A DNA stretch of 59,515 nucleotides from an uncultured Gammaproteobacteria bacterium (GCA_964500695.1 CAZCNT010000001.1:1-59515), one strand, 5' to 3'. Numbered from the stretch's first letter, positions 16,992-26,934 are shown. The notes: generated by a model not told the origin, from the sequence alone. Numbers and translations are program-made.

Positions 16992-17990
16992 ATGAAAAAC
17001 TTTGATTTGTTAAGCATCGGCGACGCATCGATTGATACTTTTTTTACTCCACTTGAAAGTGAGACCCTTTGCACCATTGATAAAAAGGAGTGCCTTATCG
17101 CTTTTAAGTACGGAGATAAAATTCCTGTGAAAAATTTGGAGTTTTCAATTGGCGGAAACGCGGCCAACAATTCCGTGGGGACCAGGAGGTTAGGAATAAA
17201 TACTGCCATAGTTTTAACTCTAGGGCAGGATAGTGTCGGGGAAATGATTGTCTCACGATTTAAAGAAGAAGGAGTGGACCTGACTTATATTATTCAACAG
17301 CCGGGAACGACTTCTAACTACTCTACAATTATAAATTATTCCGGCGAACGGACGATTTTTGTTTATCACGCCCCCAGAAGCTATGAATTTCCAGTCCAGC
17401 TGCCTGTTGTTCCGTGGATCTATTTAACCAGCATGGGAGAAAGCTTTAGACCTTTTTACAATCACATGTCCGAGTGGCTCAAAAAAAATCCGGGGGTAAA
17501 GCTTGCATTTAATCCGGGAAGCTGGCAACTTAGGGCCGACTATAAAGATATTCAAGAAATAATGTCTACCTCTTATTTGGTTTCCGTTAATCGTGAAGAA
17601 ACTGAGAAATTAACAAATTTTGGTAAGTCGACAGGACGCGAGCGGGATTTACTTATTGCTCTTAATAAACTGGGGCCGAAAGTTTGTATTGTAACGGACG
17701 GCAATGCCGGGGCCTTTGCTTACGATTCAATCAACGGCAAGTTTTTTAAAGTCGGGGTTCTGCCGATTGATGCATACGAAAGAACAGGGGCGGGAGACGC
17801 ATTCGGATCGGGGTGCTTATCCGCTTTAATTCACGGAAAGCCGTTGGACGAAGCGCTTGTCTGGGGAACTTGTAATTCTGCTTCGGTGATAGGTTATACC
17901 GGTTCTCAGAAGGGGCTTTTGAAAGACTCCGAAATGCCGGTTTGGCTTGAGCGGGTAAAAAGCAGCGGGGTTAAAGTGGAAGCAATATAA
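16992..17990 (+). CDS. PfkB-family carbohydrate kinase
   Basis: Contains the GAGDAFGSG motif and a ribokinase-like fold pattern. Confidence 0.8.
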   Translation: MKNFDLLSIGDASIDTFFTPLESETLCTIDKKECLIAFKYGDKIPVKNLEFSIGGNAANNSVGTRRLGINTAIVLTLGQDSVGEMIVSRFKEEGVDLTYIIQQPGTTSNYSTIINYSGERTIFVYHAPRSYEFPVQLPVVPWIYLTSMGESFRPFYNHMSEWLKKNPGVKLAFNPGSWQLRADYKDIQEIMSTSYLVSVNREETEKLTNFGKSTGRERDLLIALNKLGPKVCIVTDGNAGAFAYDSINGKFFKVGVLPIDAYERTGAGDAFGSGCLSALIHGKPLDEALVWGTCNSASVIGYTGSQKGLLKDSEMPVWLERVKSSGVKVEAI

Positions 17991-17992
17991 CT

Positions 17993-19000
17993 ATGCGTAT
18001 TTTTGTAACCAGAAAAATTCCGGGGGACCATCTCGAAAAACTTAAAGTAGATGGCAATGAGGTTGCAATTTCTGAATTTGATCGGCCGTTAACTCAAGAA
18101 GAACTTTTGGATCGGGGCAAAGGAGCCGATATTCTTTTAACACTTCTTACGGATCGAATTGACGGGGATCTGATGGATGCTATCGGTCCTCAATTGAAGA
18201 TGATCAGTAATTATGCCGTGGGATTTGACAATGTTGATATTAAGGCAGCCACAGATAGGCAGATAGTTGTAACAAATACTCCAAGTACGGAGGTTAATGA
18301 GGCGGTTGCGGAACATACGTGGGTATTTATTATGGCTTTGGCGAGGCGTGTGGTTGAAGCAGACGAGTTTGTTAGACAAGAAGGGTACTTTACAGAAAAA
18401 GGTGGCTATAAAGGCTGGGAGCCGAATTTATTTTTAGGACAGTCGATATTGGGAAAGACGTTGGGAATAATCGGACTTGGACGGATTGGTTCAATGGTTG
18501 CAAAACGTGCTAAAGGCTACAACATGACGGTTCTTTACAATAAATCCAAACCGGATTCGGAGGCGGAAGCCGAACTTGGGGTAAAATTTGTAACATTGGA
18601 TGAACTATATAAACAGAGTGATTTTTTAACCTTGCATGTGCCCCTGACAGATCAAACACGCCATATGATTAATGAGAATGTTTTTAACAAAATGAAGAAA
18701 GGCGCGTTTTTGATTAATACTGCCAGAGGGGCGGTAGTTGACGAGAAAGACCTGATAGACTCATTGAAATCAGGCAAGCTAGGAGGAGTAGCGCTTGATG
18801 TGTTTGATAACGAACCCAACATTTCCGCGGAACTTATTGCCGCACCAAACGTGATATTAACTCCCCACATTGCCAGTGCCACTTGGGAGGCCCGAAATAA
18901 GATGGGAGAGCAGGCTGTAAAGGCGATTCTCGATGTAATTTCTGATAAAAAACCGGAGAATTTAGTTGATGAAGCTGTCTGGAATAAACGAAGGAAATAA
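17993..19000 (+). CDS. D-2-hydroxyacid dehydrogenase (glyoxylate/hydroxypyruvate reductase-like)
   Basis: Contains GIIGLGRIGS (NAD site) and TPHIAS. Confidence 0.85.
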   Translation: MRIFVTRKIPGDHLEKLKVDGNEVAISEFDRPLTQEELLDRGKGADILLTLLTDRIDGDLMDAIGPQLKMISNYAVGFDNVDIKAATDRQIVVTNTPSTEVNEAVAEHTWVFIMALARRVVEADEFVRQEGYFTEKGGYKGWEPNLFLGQSILGKTLGIIGLGRIGSMVAKRAKGYNMTVLYNKSKPDSEAEAELGVKFVTLDELYKQSDFLTLHVPLTDQTRHMINENVFNKMKKGAFLINTARGAVVDEKDLIDSLKSGKLGGVALDVFDNEPNISAELIAAPNVILTPHIASATWEARNKMGEQAVKAILDVISDKKPENLVDEAVWNKRRK

Positions 19001-19152
19001 GCAAATCTGCAAATCTACCAATTTGCAAATAAGCATAGCTTGGCCAAATTATGAATCTGGTAAATATTTGAATGATTCAATAATTAAATAATTTGAAATT
19101 TATTTGCTTTAGACGAAGTCTCCTAATTTTCCATTTGCTTATTTGTTTATTG
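18999..19152. repeat. octamer word arrays in inverted arrangement (GCAAAT words ... ATTTGC words)
   Basis: Left arm AAGCAAAT CTGCAAAT CTACCAAT TTGCAAAT AAGCA. The right side contains TATTTGCTT and CCATTTGCTTATTTG. CAAATAAGCA / TGCTTATTTG are an exact complement. Confidence 0.6.
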
Positions 19153-19163
19153 TAGAATAACGT

Positions 19164-19520
19164 ATGGCATTTTTTGGACGGAAAAAAGATAAAGATGATG
19201 AAGAGTACGACGATGAAGACCCATCCTTCGCTGAAGTTTCGGAGGGCGAAGTGAGTTTAGAAGAACGTCGTCTCACACGAAAACTTAAGGATCTTCATAA
19301 AGAGAATCGAAAAAAGAGGAAAGAGCCTCCCAAGCCCTGGGGAAAAAAGGAACGTCTGATTATCTTGGTTATTATTATTTCTACTATTTTGATTGCCGGA
19401 ATCCTGGCTGTTTCTAACCAGGCCCATATAACTTTCAATTTCAGTAGGCCCTCTTTCAGCTTTGATTTTTCAAAATTAAATCCTCTTAAGGAAGAAACTA
19501 TTACAATCCAAAAAAAGTAG
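19164..19520 (+). CDS. hypothetical Lys/Glu-rich membrane-anchored protein
   Basis: 118 aa with a charged N-terminus and one TM segment. Confidence 0.55.
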   Translation: MAFFGRKKDKDDEEYDDEDPSFAEVSEGEVSLEERRLTRKLKDLHKENRKKRKEPPKPWGKKERLIILVIIISTILIAGILAVSNQAHITFNFSRPSFSFDFSKLNPLKEETITIQKK

Positions 19521-19639
19521 TACTATGAATTTGATAACATCCTCCGCAAACTCGAATCTGCGGTTTCCTCTGAGGGAGGATGATATATCAGGTTCAATTC
19601 CTCCACGAATTAAAAATTCGTGGTATTCTTGAAACTGTT

Positions 19640-20347
19640 ATGAAATTATCCGGTCCGATCGAACTAATTAAAAAATCTTTTAAAATCTTTTTCAAAAAAG
19701 AGAATCTGACATATTTTTTGAAAATTTATGCACCATTACTTCCCTTTGCAATTATTGGCTTGCTTCAGGAAAACTATATTAATTTTGATAGTCAAAGTTT
19801 GCCTGGCCAGTTTCAGTTTATTGATAAATATACGTGGCTCGCCTTACTCATGTTGATTGTCGGGCTTCTCGGAATTGTCCTTTCTTTCTGGGTAAATGCG
19901 TCCGGAATTCTGGCGGCAGATGGCGTGCTACGGGGAAAGCGTTTGTCGGTAAAAGAAATATTTAGGATCACCTGGAAGATGCTTTTTAGATTCTCTGTTC
20001 TTAATATTGCCATTGGTCTAATTGTTGGAGTTGGATTAATTTTTCTGATTGTTCCAGGAGTCATATTTTTGGTTTTGTTTTATTTTGCAATGTTTGAGTT
20101 GGTTACTAAAGGTATCGGCATTAGAGAAGCGATGAATAACAGTAAGGTGCTCGTAAAGGGAAAATTTTGGAAAGTTTTTGGAAGAGTGCTTATCTTCGGA
20201 GGTTTCTCGATCCTTACTTCAATTATTTTTGATTTGACTCCGTTTGGTTTAGGATCAATTCTAACTACACTTTTAGGCGCACTGTTTATCATTCCCGCCC
20301 TTCTTCTTTACGAGGAACTCGACGGCAGTACAAGGAACTTGAGGTAA
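19640..20347 (+). CDS. hypothetical multi-pass membrane protein
   Basis: Start uncertain. The ATG at 19580 abuts GGAGG with no spacer and lies in a hairpin, so 19640 (MKLSGPIEL) is preferred. Confidence 0.6.
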   Translation: MKLSGPIELIKKSFKIFFKKENLTYFLKIYAPLLPFAIIGLLQENYINFDSQSLPGQFQFIDKYTWLALLMLIVGLLGIVLSFWVNASGILAADGVLRGKRLSVKEIFRITWKMLFRFSVLNIAIGLIVGVGLIFLIVPGVIFLVLFYFAMFELVTKGIGIREAMNNSKVLVKGKFWKVFGRVLIFGGFSILTSIIFDLTPFGLGSILTTLLGALFIIPALLLYEELDGSTRNLR

Positions 20348-20357
20348 CACAGCAAGT

Positions 20358-22775
20358 CTAGTTACTTGTCGAAGCCCCGTTATTAAGTATGTTGCCGGCC
20401 GGAATCGGGCTAGGATTAACTAATTTTTGTATCTGTTCGGGAGAACATGCTCTACCCGGCTTATATTCGTCCAAAAACCACTCTTGGCGTGTCGGGCAGC
20501 CGTTGCAGGGGAGTGTTCCTGTGATTGTGCAGATATTAACTTTGCTTATTCCGTCGGGGGCTTTCCAGTCGATTGAAGGAGAGTCGGCGAGGATTATCAA
20601 CATTATTTTATTCCAGATTGGTGCAGCGCCTGTAATTCCCGAAACAATACGGCTCATGGACGAGTTGTCGTTATTTCCCACCCATGTAAGAACCAAAAAG
20701 TTTTGGTTAAAACCTACCGTCCAGTTGTCTCTAAGGTCATTACTGGTTCCGGTTTTAACGGCGATTTCCGGGTGGTTTTTGACCACCAGACTTGAATTAA
20801 AGCCGAATTCCGGCGCGCGGGCGGCGTTGTCTTTCAGGATGTCAATAAGTGAATAGGCGACTCTGGGATCAAGAACACCGGTACTTTGGGGTGAATTTTG
20901 TTCCAGGACCTTGCTTTTATAGTTTTTGACCTGCAGTATTGGGATTAATTCCGGCCGGTTTCCGGAGTTGGCTACTACTGCGTAGACTTTGGCAAGATCG
21001 ATGCCTTTGACTGCCCCACCTCCAAGGGTTAAAGATAGGCCGTATAAAGACGGATCATTCCAGGTAGTAATGCCAAGGTTTTTACCTTCTTTAATCATTT
21101 TATCTACTCCGTAACTGGCCAAAACCCGAACTGCCGGAACGTTTCGGCTCTGGGCGAGTGCATTCCTTAAAGAAATATGTCCTCTAAATTGACCGTCATA
21201 ATTTACTGGGGAGTAAGGTGTGGTCCCGGGTGTATTGTAAGTAATCGGGGAGTCATTAAGGATTGTTGCGGGAGTGTATACTCCGCTCGCGAGAGCGAAA
21301 GCGTAATTTATTACTTTTATTGAACTTCCTGGTTGACGAAGCCTAGTCAGAACATTTACGTTTCCATCCGCTTTAGTGTCAAAATAATCTTTAGACCCAA
21401 CCATGGCGAGTATCTCTCCTGTTTTTGGATTAAGTACAAGTGCGGCCCCGTTTCCAACATGTAAGCCTTTAAGTTTTTCCACCTCTTCTTGAACTATTTT
21501 CTCGGCAGCCATCTGCGTTGAAAGGTCCAGGCTGGTAGTAACCTCAAGACCGCCCTTTTCAACCATATCTTCACCGTATTTATCTACCAGTAGCTGTCTA
21601 ACATACATTACAAAGTGAGGTGCTTTTATTTCTGTTTTATTGGTAACCAGTTTGAGGACCTCGGCTCCGGCATCTTCCTCTTGTTTGACTGTTATATATT
21701 TATTAATTGTCATTAAACGAAGAACTTCTTTTTGTCTTTGTAAGGCTAAATCCGAATTTTGGCCGAATGGAGAATAAAATGTTGGGCTTCTGGGAAGCCC
21801 TGCCAGGAAGGCGGCTTCGGCAAGATCAAGATCACGCGCAGATTTTCCGAAATACAACCTGCCGGCTTCCTCGATGCCGTAGGCAGTGCCACCGTAGCTT
21901 ACTTCATTTAAATACATCTCAAGTATCTGATCTTTTGTATAAGAGGCCTCGACTTGAATTGATAAAATTAGTTCCCTAATCTTACGGGTTAGAGTTTTTT
22001 CCGGTGTTAGAAGGGCATTTTTGACCAACTGCTGAGTTATGGTGGAACCCCCCTGAAGGGATCCTGTTTGGGCATCGGTAACGATGGCCCTTATGATTCC
22101 TCTGATCGAAAAACCGGGATGATTATAAAATTCTGCATCTTCGGCAGCCAGAGTAGACAACCGGACATGGGGAGGAATGTCGGACAAGGGGATGATGGTT
22201 CTGTTTTCATTTTTATATATTTTATAAAGCAAGTTTCCCTGTCTATCATAAATTTTGGTTGAAACTTCAGGCTCTCTTTGGGATAGTTGCCTTGGAGACG
22301 GCAGAGACCGAAATATTACAAAATAGATGTAAAAAGTTAAGAAAAAAACTGTCAATATCAAAGAGATTAGACCAACCCTTTTTTTCAGTTGAAGTTTTTG
22401 AAAGCGTGTAATTTTTTTAGCAAACAGTTTCCTGACTGACGACGCTATTTTTTGTTCCATGAGAGAAATTCTTAAGGTTTCAAGCCGGAAAAATACTCTA
22501 ATCTTGGGGACACGGGTCTTGGGAGTTTTGACGCGAAGAGTGAGTAAACTCTTCAGGTTTTTAATGATAAAAGTAAAGATTGTCTTTTCAATCCTTCCCA
22601 CTAAAAACAGAAGAAAAATTAAGCCGAGGATGGCATTTGAGATAATAAAATAAAAAGGCCTACCGATAAGGGATAACCCTTCGGCAATAATCTTTAGAGG
22701 ATTAATCGTCAGTTTTTTGGATGTGGGAATCAATTTCTCGTCCGACAATAACCTTATTTTTATTTTTCTTGACAC
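20358..22775 (-). CDS. class A penicillin-binding protein (transglycosylase/transpeptidase)
   Basis: Contains EDAEFYNHPG, GGSTITQQL, SSIK, SRN and KTGT. The start is uncertain because several in-frame Met residues are present. Confidence 0.9.
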   Translation of the reverse strand: MSRKIKIRLLSDEKLIPTSKKLTINPLKIIAEGLSLIGRPFYFIISNAILGLIFLLFLVGRIEKTIFTFIIKNLKSLLTLRVKTPKTRVPKIRVFFRLETLRISLMEQKIASSVRKLFAKKITRFQKLQLKKRVGLISLILTVFFLTFYIYFVIFRSLPSPRQLSQREPEVSTKIYDRQGNLLYKIYKNENRTIIPLSDIPPHVRLSTLAAEDAEFYNHPGFSIRGIIRAIVTDAQTGSLQGGSTITQQLVKNALLTPEKTLTRKIRELILSIQVEASYTKDQILEMYLNEVSYGGTAYGIEEAGRLYFGKSARDLDLAEAAFLAGLPRSPTFYSPFGQNSDLALQRQKEVLRLMTINKYITVKQEEDAGAEVLKLVTNKTEIKAPHFVMYVRQLLVDKYGEDMVEKGGLEVTTSLDLSTQMAAEKIVQEEVEKLKGLHVGNGAALVLNPKTGEILAMVGSKDYFDTKADGNVNVLTRLRQPGSSIKVINYAFALASGVYTPATILNDSPITYNTPGTTPYSPVNYDGQFRGHISLRNALAQSRNVPAVRVLASYGVDKMIKEGKNLGITTWNDPSLYGLSLTLGGGAVKGIDLAKVYAVVANSGNRPELIPILQVKNYKSKVLEQNSPQSTGVLDPRVAYSLIDILKDNAARAPEFGFNSSLVVKNHPEIAVKTGTSNDLRDNWTVGFNQNFLVLTWVGNNDNSSMSRIVSGITGAAPIWNKIMLIILADSPSIDWKAPDGISKVNICTITGTLPCNGCPTRQEWFLDEYKPGRACSPEQIQKLVNPSPIPAGNILNNGASTSN

Positions 22776-22831
22776 AGGCTGACAGGATACTACACTATGG
22801 GATTTGAGTCAAGATTTATTCCTCTTTGGCT

Positions 22832-25048
22832 TTATCGTTTTGACTGCAGAGGATATCTAATTATGGCTGAGGCGCTGGCAACGGGGCAGTCGAGACAGTA
22901 GAGAGTTCCGTCGGGATCTGTATAGGTTGGGTGATTTTCGGTGTTAACCAGGTCGGGGGGAGCATCTGAAGGAGCTTGCTGACGGGTATCTTTGAAAACT
23001 TGAATGTCCTGGTTTGTAATGAGAGAAGTTTTGGGCAAAGTTCCTGTAAGGAAATATTCAAACCTAGTGGGGCAGCTCGGATTACCCACATCACCTCCCG
23101 AAAGTCCTCCCGTGTTTGCACAAATCGAGGCTCCAATTACCCCCTCCGGCTGTTTTGGCCAGGAATGACCTTTCTCATTTGAGTCATATACTCCGGCCTC
23201 CGCCTTATCTAAAACCGCCTTCATTATTTTATTCCAAATAGGAGAAGCACCGGATACTCCTGAAACCGCCCCGCTCATGGGAGTATTGTTGTTATTTCCG
23301 ACCCAGGTCACAACAACGGTATTAGCAGTGTAGCCGATGGTCCAATTGTCGCGCCTATCGTTCGTTGTTCCTGTTTTAACGGAAACTTCAGGATGCCCGG
23401 AAACATTAAGGAAAGAACTGGTACCGAAAGCGTTAGTACGGGCATTGTTGTCATAAAGAATGTGGGAAATAAGAAATGTCACCGGGGGGTCTAAAACCCT
23501 GTTGCCCGTTAACTTGAGCTTTTTGGTGTCTATTTCCTGCAAGACCTGACCTTTCCAGTTGGTTACTTTGGTAATTGCCATAAGTGGTTGTTTTATTCCC
23601 TGGTTTGCAAAAACTCCAAATGCTACAGCCATATCATAAGGACGGACTTCTCCTCCTCCCAGGGTTAGCGAAAGACCATAATTACTGGGATCTGTTAGGG
23701 TTGTAATTCCCATTTCGCTCGCAAAGTTTGTAAAATTTTCGACTCCGTTTAGTGCCAAAACCCGCACGGCGGGGATGTTGTACGAATTTCCTAAAGCAAA
23801 GCGCGCTTGTACCAATCCATGAAAAGTTCCGTCATAATTGACCGGGCAGTAGTCCTGTTGCCCGACAACTTTAAAGCAAGTCGGAACGTCGGTAAATGCG
23901 GTTGCCGGGGTAATCTTTTGATCTTTTAGGGCCAGAGCATAGTTAAGAGGTTTGATTGAACTTCCGGGCTGACGCTGGGAGAGGATAACATTTACTTTAC
24001 CATCCTCGTCTTTTGCAAAGTAGTCCTTGGAGCCAATCATGGCCAAAATTTCTCCGGTTCCCGGGCGCGTAACAATAACTGCGCCGTTACCGACTTTTTG
24101 TTTTTCAAGTTTGGCAACCTCTGTGGCTACAGCTTGTTGGGCAAAGTCTTGGATATCAAGGTCCAAGGTTGTGTAAACTCGGAGCCCTCCTCTCTCAACC
24201 ATCCTGTCACCATATTTGTCTGCCATTTGCTCTTTTATCCAAAGGGCAAAATGGGGCGCCTGCGGAGGACTAACACTTGTATATTTAAGCTCTTCTTTGG
24301 CTGTAGCATTTGCTTGATCTTGAGTAATATATTTATTTGCGACCATTTGTTTTAAGACTTCTTTTTGTCTACTTTTAGCAAGTTCCGGGTGGGCTCCGAA
24401 AGGGGAGTAGGTGGAAGGTCTTTGCGGTAAGCCCGCAATCAGGGCCGCCTCTGCCAGATTAAGATCGTGTGCCTGTTTGTCAAAATAGGTTTCGCTGGCA
24501 GCTTCAATTCCGTAGGCTGTCCCTCCGTAGGGAATCTGATTTAGATACATTTCTAAAATTTGATCCTTTGTGTAAACTCCTTCAACAATGACTGTTAAAA
24601 CAATTTCTTGAGCTTTGCGCCTTAGTGTTCTTTCCGGAGAAAGAAGAGCATTTTTAACAAACTGTTGAGTTATTGTAGAACCGCCTTGCAGCTCATGTTT
24701 GAAAATTGAGTTAAATACAGCTCTGGTAATTCCGGTTAAAGAAAAACCCTGATGTCTATAAAAATCTTTGTCCTCAATCGATATTGTTGCGTTTTTAACG
24801 TTGTCGGGAATATCAGACAGCCTGACGGGAGTTCTTTTTCTATCGGTGTAGATTTCGTAAATGAGCTTGCCGTTTCTGTCAAATATTTTAGTTGAAACCT
24901 GTTGGTTTGATTCCGAGAGTCGGGTTAGGAGTGGAATCCCCCAAAATAGATATAAATTTATTCCAATGAGGAGGCCAAAAAAAACTATTTTTTTCCTGCC
25001 CCGCGTTGTAGAAAAAAGAGATTTAAGATTTGCAAAAATACTTCTCAC
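22832..25048 (-). CDS. class A penicillin-binding protein, second paralog
   Basis: Contains EDKDFYRHQG, GGSTITQQF, SSIK, SYN and KTGT. Confidence 0.9.
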   Translation of the reverse strand: MRSIFANLKSLFSTTRGRKKIVFFGLLIGINLYLFWGIPLLTRLSESNQQVSTKIFDRNGKLIYEIYTDRKRTPVRLSDIPDNVKNATISIEDKDFYRHQGFSLTGITRAVFNSIFKHELQGGSTITQQFVKNALLSPERTLRRKAQEIVLTVIVEGVYTKDQILEMYLNQIPYGGTAYGIEAASETYFDKQAHDLNLAEAALIAGLPQRPSTYSPFGAHPELAKSRQKEVLKQMVANKYITQDQANATAKEELKYTSVSPPQAPHFALWIKEQMADKYGDRMVERGGLRVYTTLDLDIQDFAQQAVATEVAKLEKQKVGNGAVIVTRPGTGEILAMIGSKDYFAKDEDGKVNVILSQRQPGSSIKPLNYALALKDQKITPATAFTDVPTCFKVVGQQDYCPVNYDGTFHGLVQARFALGNSYNIPAVRVLALNGVENFTNFASEMGITTLTDPSNYGLSLTLGGGEVRPYDMAVAFGVFANQGIKQPLMAITKVTNWKGQVLQEIDTKKLKLTGNRVLDPPVTFLISHILYDNNARTNAFGTSSFLNVSGHPEVSVKTGTTNDRRDNWTIGYTANTVVVTWVGNNNNTPMSGAVSGVSGASPIWNKIMKAVLDKAEAGVYDSNEKGHSWPKQPEGVIGASICANTGGLSGGDVGNPSCPTRFEYFLTGTLPKTSLITNQDIQVFKDTRQQAPSDAPPDLVNTENHPTYTDPDGTLYCLDCPVASASAIIRYPLQSKR

Positions 25049-25065
25049 ATATTAAATTATACTGT

Positions 25066-25584
25066 ATGCACTCTTTAGATCAACTCGAGGGAAAAATTTG
25101 GTGGTCGTATGTCGGGGAAGATCTTCAGAAACTTCTGAAGTCGTCAATATTTATACATACGACAGTAAAAGGTTTGGGGGTAGATCTCCCAGGCGGGAGG
25201 CGTGAGTTTGACGATTATTCATTTGTAGTCTTTCCGGCCGCAAAAGCCTATGAAGGCTTTTTGAAGAAACTTTTTCTTGATCTTAAGTTCATCACAGAGG
25301 AAGATTACTACGGTAAACATTTTAGGATAGGTAAGGCTCTTAATCCGTCACTGCCAAAAGAGTTAATGAAGGAGGGAATTTATAACAAAATAGTTAAATA
25401 TTGTCAGGGAAAGGACTTGGCCGAAAAACTTTGGGAGACCTGGAAACTTAGTCGAAACTTGATATTCCACTGGTTTCCAAATGAGAGAAACGCAATCACG
25501 CTTAATGAGGCAGGAGAGAGGGTAGAAATGATAATTTCTGTGATTGATCAGTCATTTCAGGAATGCAGAATTGACACTAAGTGA
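25066..25584 (+). CDS. putative HEPN-domain protein (RnlA/LsoA DBD-like?)
   Basis: SRNLIFH fits the HEPN Rx4H motif. FPAAKAYEGFLKKL is reminiscent of the RnlA-type domain (from memory). Start taken at the ATG at 25066. Confidence 0.45.
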   Translation: MHSLDQLEGKIWWSYVGEDLQKLLKSSIFIHTTVKGLGVDLPGGRREFDDYSFVVFPAAKAYEGFLKKLFLDLKFITEEDYYGKHFRIGKALNPSLPKELMKEGIYNKIVKYCQGKDLAEKLWETWKLSRNLIFHWFPNERNAITLNEAGERVEMIISVIDQSFQECRIDTK

Positions 25585-25645
25585 CCCGATACTGAGATAT
25601 TGGTTTGACAAATTTTATGTTCGGATATAGTATTACAATTACCCG

Positions 25646-26275
25646 ATGTTACGGAAATACTTGTACGGAGTTGCCGCTTTTGCCCTTGCTGTCGGCATTC
25701 TTTCGGTTTCTATTTTGAGATCTTCTTTGGTTAATTATGCCTTTGCTGCATCAAAATCCACCCCGACACCTAAACCTCAGCAAATGCCTGAAGTTGACTA
25801 TGTAATGACCCTTCCGGGAAAGGTTCTGCCGGGCAACCTTCTCTGGCCGGTAAAGGCAACACGTGACAGAATTTGGTATCTATTTACTTTTAACCATCTT
25901 AAAAAGGCAGAACTGGCACTTTTCTTTGCGGATAAGAGGCTTACTTCCGGACAATCTCTGTTTAAGGCAAACGATTCCAATTTAGGATTATCGACAATCA
26001 CAAAAGGTGAAAAATATTTAGAGATGGCGGCACGGGAGGAAGAGCTTTCCAGAGGTGGGGGGCAGGATACGTCCGTCTTTCTGGCAAAACTGGCTGCCGC
26101 TTCTCTAAAACATTGGGAAATAATCGAAAAAGATATCATTCCCGGAGCTCCCGAAGAAGTAAGACCCCATTTGACACAGCTTCTGGTTTATTCTAAAACT
26201 GCTTTTACAAAAGCAAGCGAGACGCTAATATCTAACGGAAAAGAATCTCCAAAAAACCCGTTTCAAGGGCAATAA
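25646..26275 (+). CDS. hypothetical signal-anchored protein
   Basis: 209 aa with an N-terminal TM/signal segment and a helical remainder. Confidence 0.55.
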   Translation: MLRKYLYGVAAFALAVGILSVSILRSSLVNYAFAASKSTPTPKPQQMPEVDYVMTLPGKVLPGNLLWPVKATRDRIWYLFTFNHLKKAELALFFADKRLTSGQSLFKANDSNLGLSTITKGEKYLEMAAREEELSRGGGQDTSVFLAKLAAASLKHWEIIEKDIIPGAPEEVRPHLTQLLVYSKTAFTKASETLISNGKESPKNPFQGQ

Positions 26276-26420
26276 ACGTTTTTATCGTTTCACTTTTTAA
26301 CTCTTCTAAATACCATATTTAAATGGCTCCAAATATTTACCGCAAAAAACTTCAGGAATTGCTAGAAAATCAGGCAAGTCTCACGCCCAAACTGATATGT
26401 TTTGACATAAATCTTGATAG

Positions 26421-26473
26421 TTGACAGTACACTGGTAGTGTTTAACAATCGTCATCATCACTAGTTATAGTGT
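26421..26473 (+). promoter_or_regulatory. candidate promoter (TTGACA 26421..26426) overlapped by two NrdR-box-like palindromes
   Basis: ACACTGGTAGTGT (26429..26441) and TCACTAGTTATAGTGT (26458..26473), with centres about 30 nt apart, compared with the NrdR-box consensus acaCwAtATaTwGtgt. Confidence 0.6.
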
Positions 26474-26499
26474 CTTTAGTTTTCATTTGTGAAATAAAT

Positions 26500-26934
26500 A
26501 TGCGGTGTCCATTTTGCGGAAAGATTGATTCACAGGTACTTGAGAGTAGAACCATTGCGGACGGCGAGGCAATAAGAAGAAGAAGAGAATGTACCAAGTG
26601 CGGGAAAAGATTTACTACGAATGAAAAGGTAAAGGACAGCGTTCTTTGGGTAATTAAGAAAGACGGAAGAAGGGAACCTTGGGACCGCGAAAAGATAAAA
26701 AGAGGAATACTACGGGCGGTTCAAAAAAGGCCGGTTTCAATGGATATGGTGGAAGATGTGGTAGAAGACGTTGAAAGAGAAATGCTTAGGCGTGAGGAAC
26801 AAGAAATAACAAGCAGGTCTGTAGGGAGTGCGGTATTAAAAAAATTGAAGAAAATAGACAAAGTAGCCTGGCTCAGATTTGCCAGTGTTTACCTTGAATT
26901 TGAGGATTTAAGTGATTTTGAAAAATTAATTTAA
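26500..26934 (+). CDS. nrdR: transcriptional repressor NrdR
   Basis: MRCPFCG...CTKCGKRFTT zinc ribbon plus ATP-cone. Uses the internal ATG of the track ORF. Confidence 0.92.
   Translation: MRCPFCGKIDSQVLESRTIADGEAIRRRRECTKCGKRFTTNEKVKDSVLWVIKKDGRREPWDREKIKRGILRAVQKRPVSMDMVEDVVEDVEREMLRREEQEITSRSVGSAVLKKLKKIDKVAWLRFASVYLEFEDLSDFEKLI

Noticed and set aside
26341-26442. 33-aa ORF (MAPNIYRKKLQELLENQASLTPKLICFDINLDS) and a 30-aa ORF at 32479-32571, considered as leader peptides.
   Set aside because: There is no SD and no attenuator-like alternative hairpins, and there is no way to assess conservation here. The evidence is insufficient.
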